A stretch of 64,000 nucleotides of DNA from Antedon mediterranea (Eukaryota > Animalia > Echinodermata), in assembly GCF_964355755.1 (NCBI RefSeq), contig NC_092670.1:32538388-32602387 (forward strand), written 5' to 3'. The position numbers were made by a program, and so were the translations under genes. How positions within the stretch are numbered: position 1 is the first letter of the stretch; each line of letters starts with the position of its first letter. Shown here piece by piece: positions 38,257-49,063 of the stretch. The notes below the pieces were generated by a model, which was given only the letters and a program-made list of their open reading frames with translations, was not told the origin of the DNA and searched no databases.

Positions 38257-39256
38257 GTAAGATTTTTAAGTCTCTCTTTTCACGCTGCTGCTCTAGCCTG
38301 CTACGTCCCATTAGGACTACTCAATCAGAAGCTAAAGCAAGCAGCAGTAATAGTACTGTATCTAAGGACGACAGTTTTGCAAAAATGGAAACTCCACTAA
38401 AATTTATAGATTCCACCTACTAGACCCAAAAAACGTCTTGGAAAAGAGTCTATTAGGCTAAAATTACAAATCCCAAAGCATTTCTGGTATTTATCCCATT
38501 TGACTATAATACTGACTTTTGACTGTAATTCACTGTCAGATATTCATTGAATTATTATCAAAACAGTCCATTAAAGTTTGTGTTTGTAATAGGATACTTC
38601 ACACTTGAAATATCTAGGGTGATGAAGTGACCCACCAGACTTGACCTTAGCAATAAAATTAACTAAAGTGACAGAAATTGAGTATTCACTTCTGTAACAA
38701 AAAATAATATTTATTCACATATAAAAAGAGAAAAGAAACCCAAAAACCATTGTCTGACAGACAATTTAAGTATTTGTTGCTTTAAATTACATTTTTTCAG
38801 GTAAAATAACTATTATGTGACAATAAAATGACACATTCAAAAACAAATTTAAACTAAAAAATATTTTTCAATAAGCGAGCAGCGTTTTTTGTAAGAAATA
38901 TTTCTTGTTTGAATCTGTGTTCTTTCATTCAAACGCAACAGATGCTGAACTTAGTAGTTCACTTTTAATCACTGTAATAAAAACAGCAGCATTGCAAACA
39001 ACAACAGTCCTGTTGTTGTTATGGCACAGGTTTAAAGGCCCAAAGTTGGCTTGGATAAGAAGGTACACAACTAGGCTGTTCGTGTGCACTTAAAAAGAAA
39101 CCAGTGCATTCTTTAAAGGAGATTATCTGGGCGTTTTGCTCCTTTTCAGCCCCTTGTCGTTTATTCCTTATTGATAACCCAAACAAAATCAAAATGTGAG
39201 ATTGAATTTATCAGTTATCCTTATTTTTTAAATTAAAATGTTTGTTTTCTACTCAG

Positions 39257-39461
39257 AACATTTGAGTCATTTTTTCGTTGATTGCAATATGTGTGTATGT
39301 TATGGCGGAGTGAGTACATGCTCCAAAAGACAATGCTTGTCTAGTTCAGCCACCATAGAAGAACAAAGACGATACACTGGTCTACCATGTAACTGCGCTG
39401 ATCAGTTTGTTCCTGTCTGTGCACTCAACGGCAAAACATACCCAAGTGTATGTCTGGCAAG
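39257..39461 (+). CDS. RECK: RECK exon 17 (Kazal 1)
   Basis: VDCNMCVC...TGLPCNCADQFVPVCALNGKTYPSVCLAR. Confidence 0.96.
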
Positions 39462-39632
39462 GTACAGTATTTAACAATTTCTTTACACTTCAAACCAATC
39501 AAATTACTATTGTCATGCATGAGAAAACATCAACATATAAATTTCCTTCGGATAAACATGTTGATAATGTAAACAATTTTAATTACAGTTTTCATTCATT
39601 GGTTAATTTAAAATTGTTTTGAAAATGTTTAG

Positions 39633-39787
39633 ATGTATGGAATTCGAAGATGACCAACTCGAGTTTGGCATGTGCAGAAGTAAAGATCCCTGCTCCACTG
39701 CTTCTTGTGAGTCTGGGACGAGGTGTGTACCAAATCGACAAGTCTGTTTAAGTCTGGACTACACAGAGTGTCCACAGCATGAGTGTA
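39633..39787 (+). CDS. RECK: RECK exon 18
   Basis: CMEFEDDQLEFGMCRSKDPC...CPQHEC. Confidence 0.94.
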
Positions 39788-39879
39788 GTGAGTATAATAA
39801 TTAATTTTATACAGTAGTTGTTTCTATGTTTGACCTATTATATCAACTATTCCAGGCATGTCTGTTGTGTTATCATACA

Positions 39880-40060
39880 GAAAGAACCAGGTTCAATTCC
39901 CAAAATGAACAACTCCCTTTCCACTCAGCTGTAAATGGTTGAAAAATAGTAGGGAGGATAAAGTGGCGTACAGTACATGGAAAGGAACTGGCCACCATAC
40001 CACATAATGCCATTGAAAACAGCTCATTGGGATTCAGAAAGAACACAGAACCTTACCAGT
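39880..40060 (+). mobile_element. Degenerate tRNA-SINE (Meta/V-like central block)
   Basis: GGTTCAATTCC B box; CCACTCAGCTGTAAATGG block. Confidence 0.45.
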
Positions 40061-40195
40061 AAACATATTTTGTATGTATTATGCCTCCTTGTTTTGAAAA
40101 AAAAGGGGGATGGGGAGGAGCTCCCCCAAGACTAATTGTTCAGAGCATTGGTAGTCTGTCCCATTATATCTATTAATGTATATTGTTGTTTTTAG

Positions 40196-40323
40196 TTGCT
40201 GTTGACTGGAATTGTGATGATGAGGTCTTAACATCAGTTTGTGACACTGATGGTGAAACACATCTTAATCTATGCTCAATGTACAAAGCTGGTAAAACGT
40301 TTGCTTACAATGGAGACTGCAAG
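40196..40323 (+). CDS. RECK: RECK exon 19 (Kazal 2)
   Basis: VCDTDGETHLNLCSMYKAGKTFAYNGDCK. Confidence 0.94.
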
Positions 40324-40557
40324 GTAAATTCTATAATACATATAAATGAATACAGTAGGACCGCTATTGATAGGCCTGAATAGTAGCTAGCTACAGTGTG
40401 TGTTACAACATTTCATGGGAGAGTGTCCCCTTAATAGTTTTTCCTTTGAATAGAAGTTCCCAAAAAGAATGGTTCACCCCAAGCACAACCCCTGGATCTG
40501 CCCCTGGTTGCAGATGTTTTAAATCTCAAAATCATTGTTGTTATTTTTTCTTACCAG

Positions 40558-40693
40558 AACCATTGTGATAATAGTAACACAATGGCAGTGTGTGGCCATA
40601 ATGGCGAGACATATTCAAACGTCTGTGAGGCATGGAATGATCACACTACTGTAGACTACTATGGAGCCTGCCAGGCAGTCGGCATTCTGTCAG
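40558..40693 (+). CDS. RECK: RECK exon 20 (Kazal 3)
   Basis: VCGHNGETYSNVCEAWNDHTTVDYYGACQAVGILS. Confidence 0.95.
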
Positions 40694-40868
40694 GTATAGT
40701 AGCAGTTTGTTCTATACATTGAATGTTCAAAAAGTTAAGAATTGCTAATATTATTCTCAATAAACATTTATTTCTTTGTTTTTAATTTCACTTTTTGGTT
40801 AATACCAATACAAACTATCATGTTTAAATAAATCTTTTGCTCAATTTTGAATTTTCTTTTCTTTGTAG

Positions 40869-40970
40869 ATGGGGAAGGCAATTCTGAGTGTTTTGCAATG
40901 TATTGTCCACCACAGAATGTTCAGAATTGCTTAGGAGTTACACCCCCTGGTTCATGCTGCCCTATTTGTG
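40869..40970 (+). CDS. RECK: RECK exon 21
   Basis: ECFAMYCPP...TPPGSCCPIC. Confidence 0.93.
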
Positions 40971-41137
40971 GTGAGTAGTACAGTAGTAGTAAATTGAATT
41001 TGAACCCAGAACCATGTGATCGATAGCCAAGCATCTTAACCTCAAGGCTACCATTCTATTCTAACATTTTATTAAAATCGGTTACAAGTATAATTGTTAA
41101 AACATTGATAACCATCTTACTGTATATCTTCTATTAG

Positions 41138-41256
41138 GTGGTGAGATCCAAGTCCTGTTTAGTGAAACAATTGCAAATAAGATGTCAGAGGCTCTTAGTG
41201 GTGAACCAATTACTGTTAATGTCATACTCGCATTATTGAGGCCACATATCGCAGTG
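41138..41256 (+). CDS. RECK: RECK exon 22
   Basis: GGEIQVLFSE...PITVNVILALLRPHIAV. Confidence 0.92.
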
Positions 41257-41638
41257 GTAAGTGACCATGTCACAATTATTCTCCTGTTTTACGTCACTAG
41301 AAGCGTAAAAGCTTATCTCATGAGGACCCATAATTTGAGTAGCCCACCAACCATTAACTCTCTCCAAAAATAGCTTTTGAAAAAGAAGGATGCAACAGAG
41401 CATGAATATCATACTGCATACATAGGTATAATTTTTTTCACAGACTCTGTCACCAGCCATGGAAATAATTCTTCTATGCTTCAACAGACTAATTCAAAAT
41501 ATCCTGAAAGAGCCAATGAAACGGGCAATGAAACTAGGCATGGAGGAATGGTTTAGGGGATACTTCTAATGTTGCCAATATCTGTCTCTATTTTTGTAAT
41601 AATGATATTAATTTTGTTTCAAATCGTCATGTTTTTAG

Positions 41639-41728
41639 GCCGAGTGTGACATGTTTGGTCATATGAGCATTGAAGGAGATCTCATCTTACTTGTGGTTCC
41701 AATTACTGCAAACCCCACAGAGTTGCAG
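41639..41728 (+). CDS. RECK: RECK exon 23
   Basis: AECDMFGHMSIEGDLILLVVPITANPTELQ. Confidence 0.93.
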
Positions 41729-42208
41729 GTAATACAAACATGCAGCTTTCCTACTTTACAGGGTTTGTTGAAGGAATGCATTTCTAGAATATTTTGTTCA
41801 TTGGCAAATAATAATTCTTTGTTTGTATGTTATTGTTAGCACGATAGCGCCTACAATTTTGAATTTAGCATTCTGAAGTTTTTGGTGTACAGAACATGCC
41901 TATCGAAATTCCAGAAAATTGGTTCATTAATAACTTCACAAAAAAGAAAAATTTGTATTCTTTTAACTAACCTGTATCTTTCATACCAGATATTAAATAG
42001 CATGTATTTTAATATGGACATGCATGGTTGCATCTACTAGGACTAATGACTGCAGTGATTATATAAAGAAACTATTTCTTTATTGAAATATTTTATAAAT
42101 AAAATATTTCAATAAAGAAACTACTGTATGATTGTGGTCATATTAGTTCTAAGTCATATTATCATTAAATTATTCAACAAAAAATAACCGTCTTGTTTTT
42201 ACTTCTAG

Positions 42209-42442
42209 ATTGAAGCTTGCAACAGTGAGGCAGAAAAAATAGCGGCATTAATCAACACACAAAGCCCAACGCTATACTTCTACATCCATCTTACGCCGTT
42301 GATTGCTGCAAGAACAAGATTATCTACGCCAACGATTTCCAACAGCGCACCGACGTTGCACGCGACAAACTACCAAGTCTTATCATATCTTTTTGTATTA
42401 TATTTTTTGAAAATAATGTATTTAAAATGTTTATCAAGGTAA
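42209..42442 (+). CDS. RECK: RECK exon 24 (C-terminus, GPI-signal-like tail)
   Basis: IEACNSEAEKIAALINTQSPTL...SNSAP...LSYLFVLYFLKIMYLKCLSR-TAA. Confidence 0.92.
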   Translation: MEACNSEAEKIAALINTQSPTLYFYIHLTPLIAARTRLSTPTISNSAPTLHATNYQVLSYLFVLYFLKIMYLKCLSR

Positions 42443-43192
42443 CAGCTGCTGCAGTACGTATATTTTGTATAAAAGATGGATTTTATTGTATGGACCGAAT
42501 TCACATTAAATTGAAAATAATGTTTTCATTTTTTCTAAAGTAATTTTAATTTATTTTAAAAATTACAAACAATATTTGGAAAAAAGTATAAGTAAAAGCT
42601 GTATTTTATTCATTTTAAAAACAATTTGCCCAATATTTGATAGCACTTTTTGGAAAAATATAGTTTTTCAAAAGTTTTTTTTTTTTTTTTAAGTCTGGTT
42701 TTGTAAGTAGAGGCTGTATTTTACCACAATATTGTGTATAAGCAGAGCTCACAGTTCACAATGAACATGACATTTAGTTAATTAAAAAACATTAATCCCG
42801 TGACAATCCCGTCTACCCCATAAATTGCTCTGTACCTTGTGATTTTTTTTATTTATAAAAGACGAAATAAATGAAATGAATTAACCCCATCTTATTACTA
42901 CAATTGCCTTTCTCTACTCCTTTGTTTTGGCGGGGCGGCGGGGAAAGGAAGGGGGTAGTTGGGGGTATCTTTCATTTCTATTGAATCTCATATTTAAAGC
43001 AACCTTAGAAAATTGAAGTAACATACTTCTAGGCCAAACAAGGATTTTTATTTTAAAATGTATGTTTTATAATTCCAAAAAGCTTTCATAATTGTAACAT
43101 AGTGTAAATGTTTGAATTGTAAAATGTTTTACATATTGTATAAAATAGATTTTAACGTATCTAGAATTATATTATTATATATTTTATTGTAA

Positions 43193-43316
43193 AGCTTTAT
43201 CTACACTATCAAACTAATTTGACAAAGATGACGGTGCCCAAATATGTTAGTGATAAGATCGTGTCCATGGGCACATCAGATTTTGTTTTCGCAAGTTTGA
43301 TAGTGGAGACAGAGCT
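43193..43316. mobile_element. Harbinger-type MITE copy in the RECK 3' region
   Basis: TIRs match the 5978 family. Confidence 0.75.
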
Positions 43317-44629
43317 AAAGAGTTTTTTATAGTCATAGTTTTAAGATATTGAATGTTTTGCTTTTGTTCTGTGCTTGTTGTTATATTGTTTTACAAGGTG
43401 ATATTATAAAATCTTGAATGAAGCCAGAATAACATGATTGAGGGTGGGAGGTGAGTGTTGGGGATTAGGTGGGGATGTGTAGGCCTATCGATCTCTTTCA
43501 AAATGTGATTTTTATCTAATATATAAAGTGGTAATGTGTTTGTTCAAGTCACACCGAGTTAATTTTACTTCATTACTTTTACTTAATTCTTTTTTCTTCT
43601 TACAAACATTGGCTGTATACTATGTTATAAAGCAAGCCCTCTTTAGTTTGTACACATTGTGGGTGGGGAATGATGATTTACATACCTATAAAATGTATCC
43701 GACATTGACATATTACTTCTTTGTTTAGTGATCATATCATGTGAAACAAAATGCATTCATTCCCAAACTTGTTTATACAGTATAAGTAAAGTAGAACAGG
43801 AAAATGTTTCGGAACTGGTTTCAGGAAATTGAAAAATAAACATTGACTGTTATTGACTTCTGTCTAACTAGTGTGATCACCTACATTCTGGCCAAAAATT
43901 ATCATGTATTTTAATGCAGTGCAGTGATGGATGTAGCCACGAGAAATAAAGTGGTCCGTTTTTTGCAAGAAAGGGGAACAATCTCTGTTCAAGCCACTGG
44001 GTTGTCAAAGGCCTCTGTGAAAAAGTGGTTGAAACCTTACCAACCGCATTGGTGGCTCTGGCCCTCAATACTGTACAATAATACCCCTTTTACATTGCCT
44101 AGCAAAACCTGTTTACAAACTCTGGGGTGAATTAACACTGGTGTTTTGTATGGTGTGTATACACTCAAGAGTTTTTCTAGGTCTTGTGAAAGGAGTATAA
44201 TAGTAACTTTCGAGAAATAGGTACAGCTCAAGGCTTAAGTGTTGAACTTGTTCTATCTTCTTCATTGTATGTTTCATGATTTAGAAGGAAGGTCTCGATT
44301 TGTGGAGGGGAGGTCTTCTGGTTTTGGGATCATTGAAATTTATGTATTTAATGAATTATGGATTATAAATATAAAAGGTATTAATTTTATTAAGATCCAA
44401 TCAGTCTTTGCTAAGATAGTATATAAGAACTATCTGCTTATTATTATTATACAAATGATGAGAAATGGTTCTTAACTCAAATTAAAAATTTGATTCTAAT
44501 AACATGCCTTGTTACATTTCAATTTAATGAATGGTGTAAGGATGAAAATATTGTCTACCTTGAATTCTGTTTCCAGATGTATCAAACTGTATGAATTATC
44601 AATATATAAACAATTGTGAATAAACATAT

Positions 44630-44745
44630 TTCATTTTCATTTCATTTATTTATTTCACTTTACAAATATATAAATATAAAGTGGAGGAGCCTAAAAGAAA
44701 GCAAAGCTTGTGGTGAATAGGCTCCTCAAAACAAAACAAATAAAA
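44630..44745 (-). mobile_element. CR1/L2-group LINE 3' tail
   Basis: GAGGAGCCTA..TAGGCTCCTC stem, then AATAAA(TGAAA)n on the minus strand. Confidence 0.55.
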
Positions 44746-45425
44746 TATATATAATATAACACAATTAGAAACTCCAAAAAAACAACAATTAAACTAATAT
44801 CTTTTCTCTAACACAAGTTTAACATGTTTAGAACTAAAAAAACAATATATTAAAAATATATTGATAAAGATTGATCATTTCATTGTACAAAATGTCTAAT
44901 TGAAAGAAGAATATTGTACAGCTGACCCTATATGATGACTATGGACTAAAGTTTACTAAAATAATTTGGATATGCTCTGCTGCTGGCAGAAATGCCTATC
45001 ATGAGTACAGGGATGAGTAAAAATGCGGTAAAATAAAGTGGTGAACTTAGTCATGTCCTCTGGTGATTGATCTGATATAGCCACTATTATACTTTCTCAT
45101 GTCACTAATTCATCCTCTCTCTCATTTGTAGAAAAATATTTGTCACGGATGAATTTACATAATAATATTGTTATTAAATATATAAAATTCAACACCGGGA
45201 AAATATAATAAATTATAGTAGGCTACTGTGCCAGGGCCTAATATTCCATCAGTAAAAAAAGTACTGTACTGTATAGTATAGTGACAGGAACGCGTTGTTA
45301 TTTTCATACTCCATGGTTATTTTGTTATTTCCATTTTTTAGATGATTTATTCTCAATAATTTTGATTCATTTTTCTTCAACTATTGCCACGTCAGACGTA
45401 TATATATATATTATTATTATCATGT

Positions 45426-45572
45426 TACACTGATGAAGGGCTAGTGTTGCCCGAAAGCTCTGCTAGCTTTTCTGGCTGTTTACTTTATCGTTTTGATTTA
45501 GCTTTTCGCTTTTTTTTTTTGTATCTCCATTGAGATTCAGCCACTGATACCCACAGAATTGTAATTTTTTCA
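45426..45572 (+). mobile_element. Penelope-like pLTR relic containing a minimal hammerhead ribozyme motif
   Basis: CTGATGA-A-GGGC-tagtgtt-GCCC-GAAA-GCTC at 45430-45460; second copy at 60253-60374 (-). Confidence 0.7.
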
Positions 45573-45699
45573 GTAACTTGCCTTTAGATTTATTATATTA
45601 TAAATATTATTGGCATTTTATATGGTAATTAAAAAAAATACTGAACATCTTTAAACACCCACGACCCATGCGTGCACCACCACCCAACTCATCCTCAGC

Positions 45700-45930
45700 A
45701 GTGACGTCATGACACTTCATTGTGGAAAAATCCGTTCTTGTTGACTGCCCGAAAGTAAATATGTTTGGAATGTCTTTTGTGAGTCTGTAAGTTTGACAGC
45801 CAATCAAAACTGTTTATTAAAATATACTTGATTGTGGTTGGCTTTCTGTAAAATCTAACACATGCATTAACAGGAGTTTCGCCTGTATCGCGGTGTGAGA
45901 AGAAAAGAGGAATCAATTTTACTTCCGGTA
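45700..45930 (+). promoter_or_regulatory. Putative integrin beta promoter
   Basis: CRE TGACGTCA 45702-45709, CCAAT 45800, ETS ACTTCCGGT 45921, locally higher CpG content. Confidence 0.5.
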
Positions 45931-46081
45931 TTAAAAAGATATTTGTGGTGTAGACAACGAGTCGGGCCTAGCTTTTATCTTTGAAAGTTGATGTTCAGTG
46001 GTCTTTTAGAATAAAGAACTCGTTAGTATATTCGGCTGTAGTTGAAAGAATTCAGTCTTTACGTCACTTGTGTTGTGAAAG
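45930..46081 (+). other. ITGB: Putative non-coding first exon of the integrin beta gene (start approximate)
   Basis: Strong donor AAG|GTAAGA at 46081/46082; the coding exon with the ATG at 54418 is preceded by an acceptor at 54388. Confidence 0.5.
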
Positions 46082-46973
46082 GTAAGATTTGTTATTTTAT
46101 CTAATAAGACGACGATGGTGAAATTTGGTATTTTGCTGGGCTGGGCCTCTCCTCACTCAATTCAATTATCTGGCACTCGCGCATTGAGTCAGAGAAAACG
46201 GTGTTTGCCTCTGCATTATTATGTTTGATCAAAGCATGACCGGTTCGGGATAGGCCTAGCTTAGTGTTCGTAATGTTCGAAGTGTTTGTTGATTTATCTT
46301 AATAAAGGGTAAGATAAATAAATAAGAATTATCACAATATTATTAATACTAACACTAAAAATAACAGAATATTTTTAATATTATTGGCCCAGACTCTAGG
46401 CTAGGGCCTACACAGTAGCTACACAAAATTATAGTATAGAGTAGGGACTTCTACTAGTGTAGTGAACAAATTTTGGTAATAAAAAGGTAAAAAAGGGCAT
46501 TTTTACAATAAAAAAAAAAGGAATGGTTTAGGCCTATTGATTTATTTTGTCTTCAATATTGAGTCAAGTCAACTCAAGTATCGTTTATTGTCATTAATTG
46601 TTTAAAGAAAATTTTTCTCTTATTTTAAGCAGAACATTAGCATTGTTAAAAAATAAAAGAATTTCCGTGTACGTTCTTTTTGTTATTGTTTCTGTTATTA
46701 TTGTTATGATAATCATTTATAGTTTCTGCTACATATTTTACAAATCGTCAAATGAATTATTCAATGTTATTGTTTCAGCTGTTATTAGTTGCATTTCTGA
46801 ATTGATTGAAAAATGTATGCATTTGATTTTAGTTAGTTAAGGTTAAGGTTTATAATAATAAGCTTGCATGCACTATGTCGTGCGGTACGAATATCCACTT
46901 TATTTATTTTCCTTCCATGTATCTATAGCCGGTTAAAGCAATTATACCAAGTCCTAAGAAGACACTTTGTGTG

Positions 46974-48290
46974 GAGTCGGGTTGGTGAACATCAGTCCAA
47001 AATACGCAGAATTTTTTCCAAAATACGTCAAGTTGAGGGCGCTATACTAATCCAAAATACGCGAGTCTTTCCAAAATACGTCGACTTGAGGGCGCTATTC
47101 ATTTTCCAAAATACGTGAATTGTCCAAAATACGTCAAGTTGAGGGCGCTATAAATTATCCCAAATACATGAATTGTCCAAAATACGTCAAATTGAGGGCG
47201 CTATTTATTTCCAAAATACGCGATTTGTCCAAAATACGTCAATTTGCAATTTGGGACCGCTAGTAATTTTCCAAAATACGTCAACTTGAGGGCGGCAAAC
47301 TTTTTTTCCAAAATACGAGAGCCTTTCCAAATGTATCATATTGAGAGTGTAAGGTAAAATTACAGTTTAATGTATTCAAAAAAAGTTTCTTGGAATAAAA
47401 CAAACAAGTACATTTTAGTTATAAATGAAAGTATGATTTATTTCTTCTTTATTTTTTAAATGCGCCTTGAGCACTCTGGAGTGGTATGTGCGCTATAAAA
47501 AATCTTATTATTATTATTATTATTATTATTAAGTATTAGAATGCAGAATTTTTTGTAAATAAAATGTCATAGAGTAGCCAATTTTTTAATGTAATCATTT
47601 ATTACTGAAAAACAACAAATATGTGCCAACATCAGTCAATAGACAGTGCCTATAATATACGTTAATAATGTCTGAACGATGTACGATTGCATTGCCAGAC
47701 GTAGCTAGTTTAAATGCGGCATAAACCGGCTACAAAACCAGCATGTACGTATATAGTATTTAAGTATAGTCATAGGTATGTGTTATATATTTGGTGATCT
47801 ACAAAATCAATATTTTTCCCGAGCTCGACAGACAAACATCGCTTTCAATTTAATGTACAGTACTTATGGTCTAATAAGTTACCTAATCTGAAATCTAACA
47901 TAATAATTATTTCATATAATATATAATAATAAAAAGCATATGGTATTGTGATTAAAATAATATCAATAATTAATTGGTTAGAAGAAGTAAAGGAGTTATT
48001 TAAATTGCGTATTTTGGAAAATGAATAGCGCTCTCAAGTTAACGTATTTTGGAAAATTACAAGCGGTTCCAAATTGACGTATTTTGGACAAATTGCGTAT
48101 TTTGGAAAATGACTAGCGCCCTCAACTTGACGTATTTTGGACAATTCGCGTATTTTGGAAAATGAATAGCGCCCCCAAGTCGACGTATTTTGGAAAGACT
48201 CGCGTATTTTGGATTAGTATAGCGCCCTCAACTTGACGTATTTTGGAAAAAATTCTGCGTATTTTGGACTGAATTTCACCAACCCTATTG
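46974..48290. mobile_element. Foldback (TU/Galileo-like) DNA transposon with about 300-bp TIRs built of tandem subrepeats
   Basis: GGGTTGGTGAA..(TCCAAAATACG / TTGAGGGCGCTA)n mirrored at 48005-48285; 8-bp TSD TTTGTGTG at 46966-46973 and 48291-48298. Confidence 0.85.
47460..47531 (+). mobile_element. L2-type 3' stem-loop + (TAT)n tail inserted in the foldback element
   Basis: GCGCCTTGAG..GCGCTATAA followed by (TTA)n. Confidence 0.65.
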
Positions 48291-49063
48291 TTTGTGTGTG
48301 TACAGTTAGCAAATATTACTTAAGTACTGAGAGTGATATTTGTATAAAATACTAAAACTTTAAAAAATAAAGGAAGAGCTAAAATCGATAGTACCTTAAT
48401 TGGCCCTCACAATTTGTGTAAAATTAGCAACATTTTTTAATAGAGCAAGGTCAGACAAACGTGTAAATTTATCAAGAATCGGATATACAGTATTATGGGA
48501 AGTAATCAATTTAAAAAAAACATAGATATTGTGCATTTTTTATATAAAAAATTAAATGTTAAAAGTTGTATAAGTACTCTTCGGCCCCTTCACCACAAAG
48601 TTAATACTCTACACATGGTCTGGACCTATAGTACTGCATAGTACAGTACTACTGTATCTGAGGAGAATATAATTTATGTTTCCATGAAGTAACCCTCTCT
48701 AAAATAGCCAATGTAATTTTTCTTATGTTATTATGCCTTATATAAATGTTATACCCATGGCTCCCATAATCAGCGGGCTAATCTATATGACATAATATTT
48801 TATTGTCATACAGGTATTATAGATTGTTGTACAGTACAAACCAATTTGGGGTTAAAAAATAATACATTTTATAATTGATATATAATATATATACAGTACA
48901 TTGAGCTGAGGCAAGACTAGCTGTATGTATATGTACATTGTCAGAGATAACGAGAAAATAGAAATTAATACAATGGTTAGATACAGTTATTTCATTATTT
49001 AATTTTGTAAATCACTGTTTATTTACAAGTTTATTTTTCTAAATCTTAGATTATAATATCAAC

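Larger units (their letters stand above)
10014..42442 (+). other. RECK: RECK gene span (24 coding exons, 2922 nt CDS, 973 aa; GPI-anchored metalloprotease regulator / Wnt7 co-factor family)
   Basis: All 24 exons join in frame at GT-AG sites; five CC domains, CRD-like region, Kazal/EGF-like modules, hydrophobic C-terminal GPI signal. Confidence 0.96.

Noticed and set aside
43877-44330. Overlapping short ORFs downstream of RECK as a hidden gene
   Set aside because: No recognisable motif or consistent splice structure; possibly a decayed repeat
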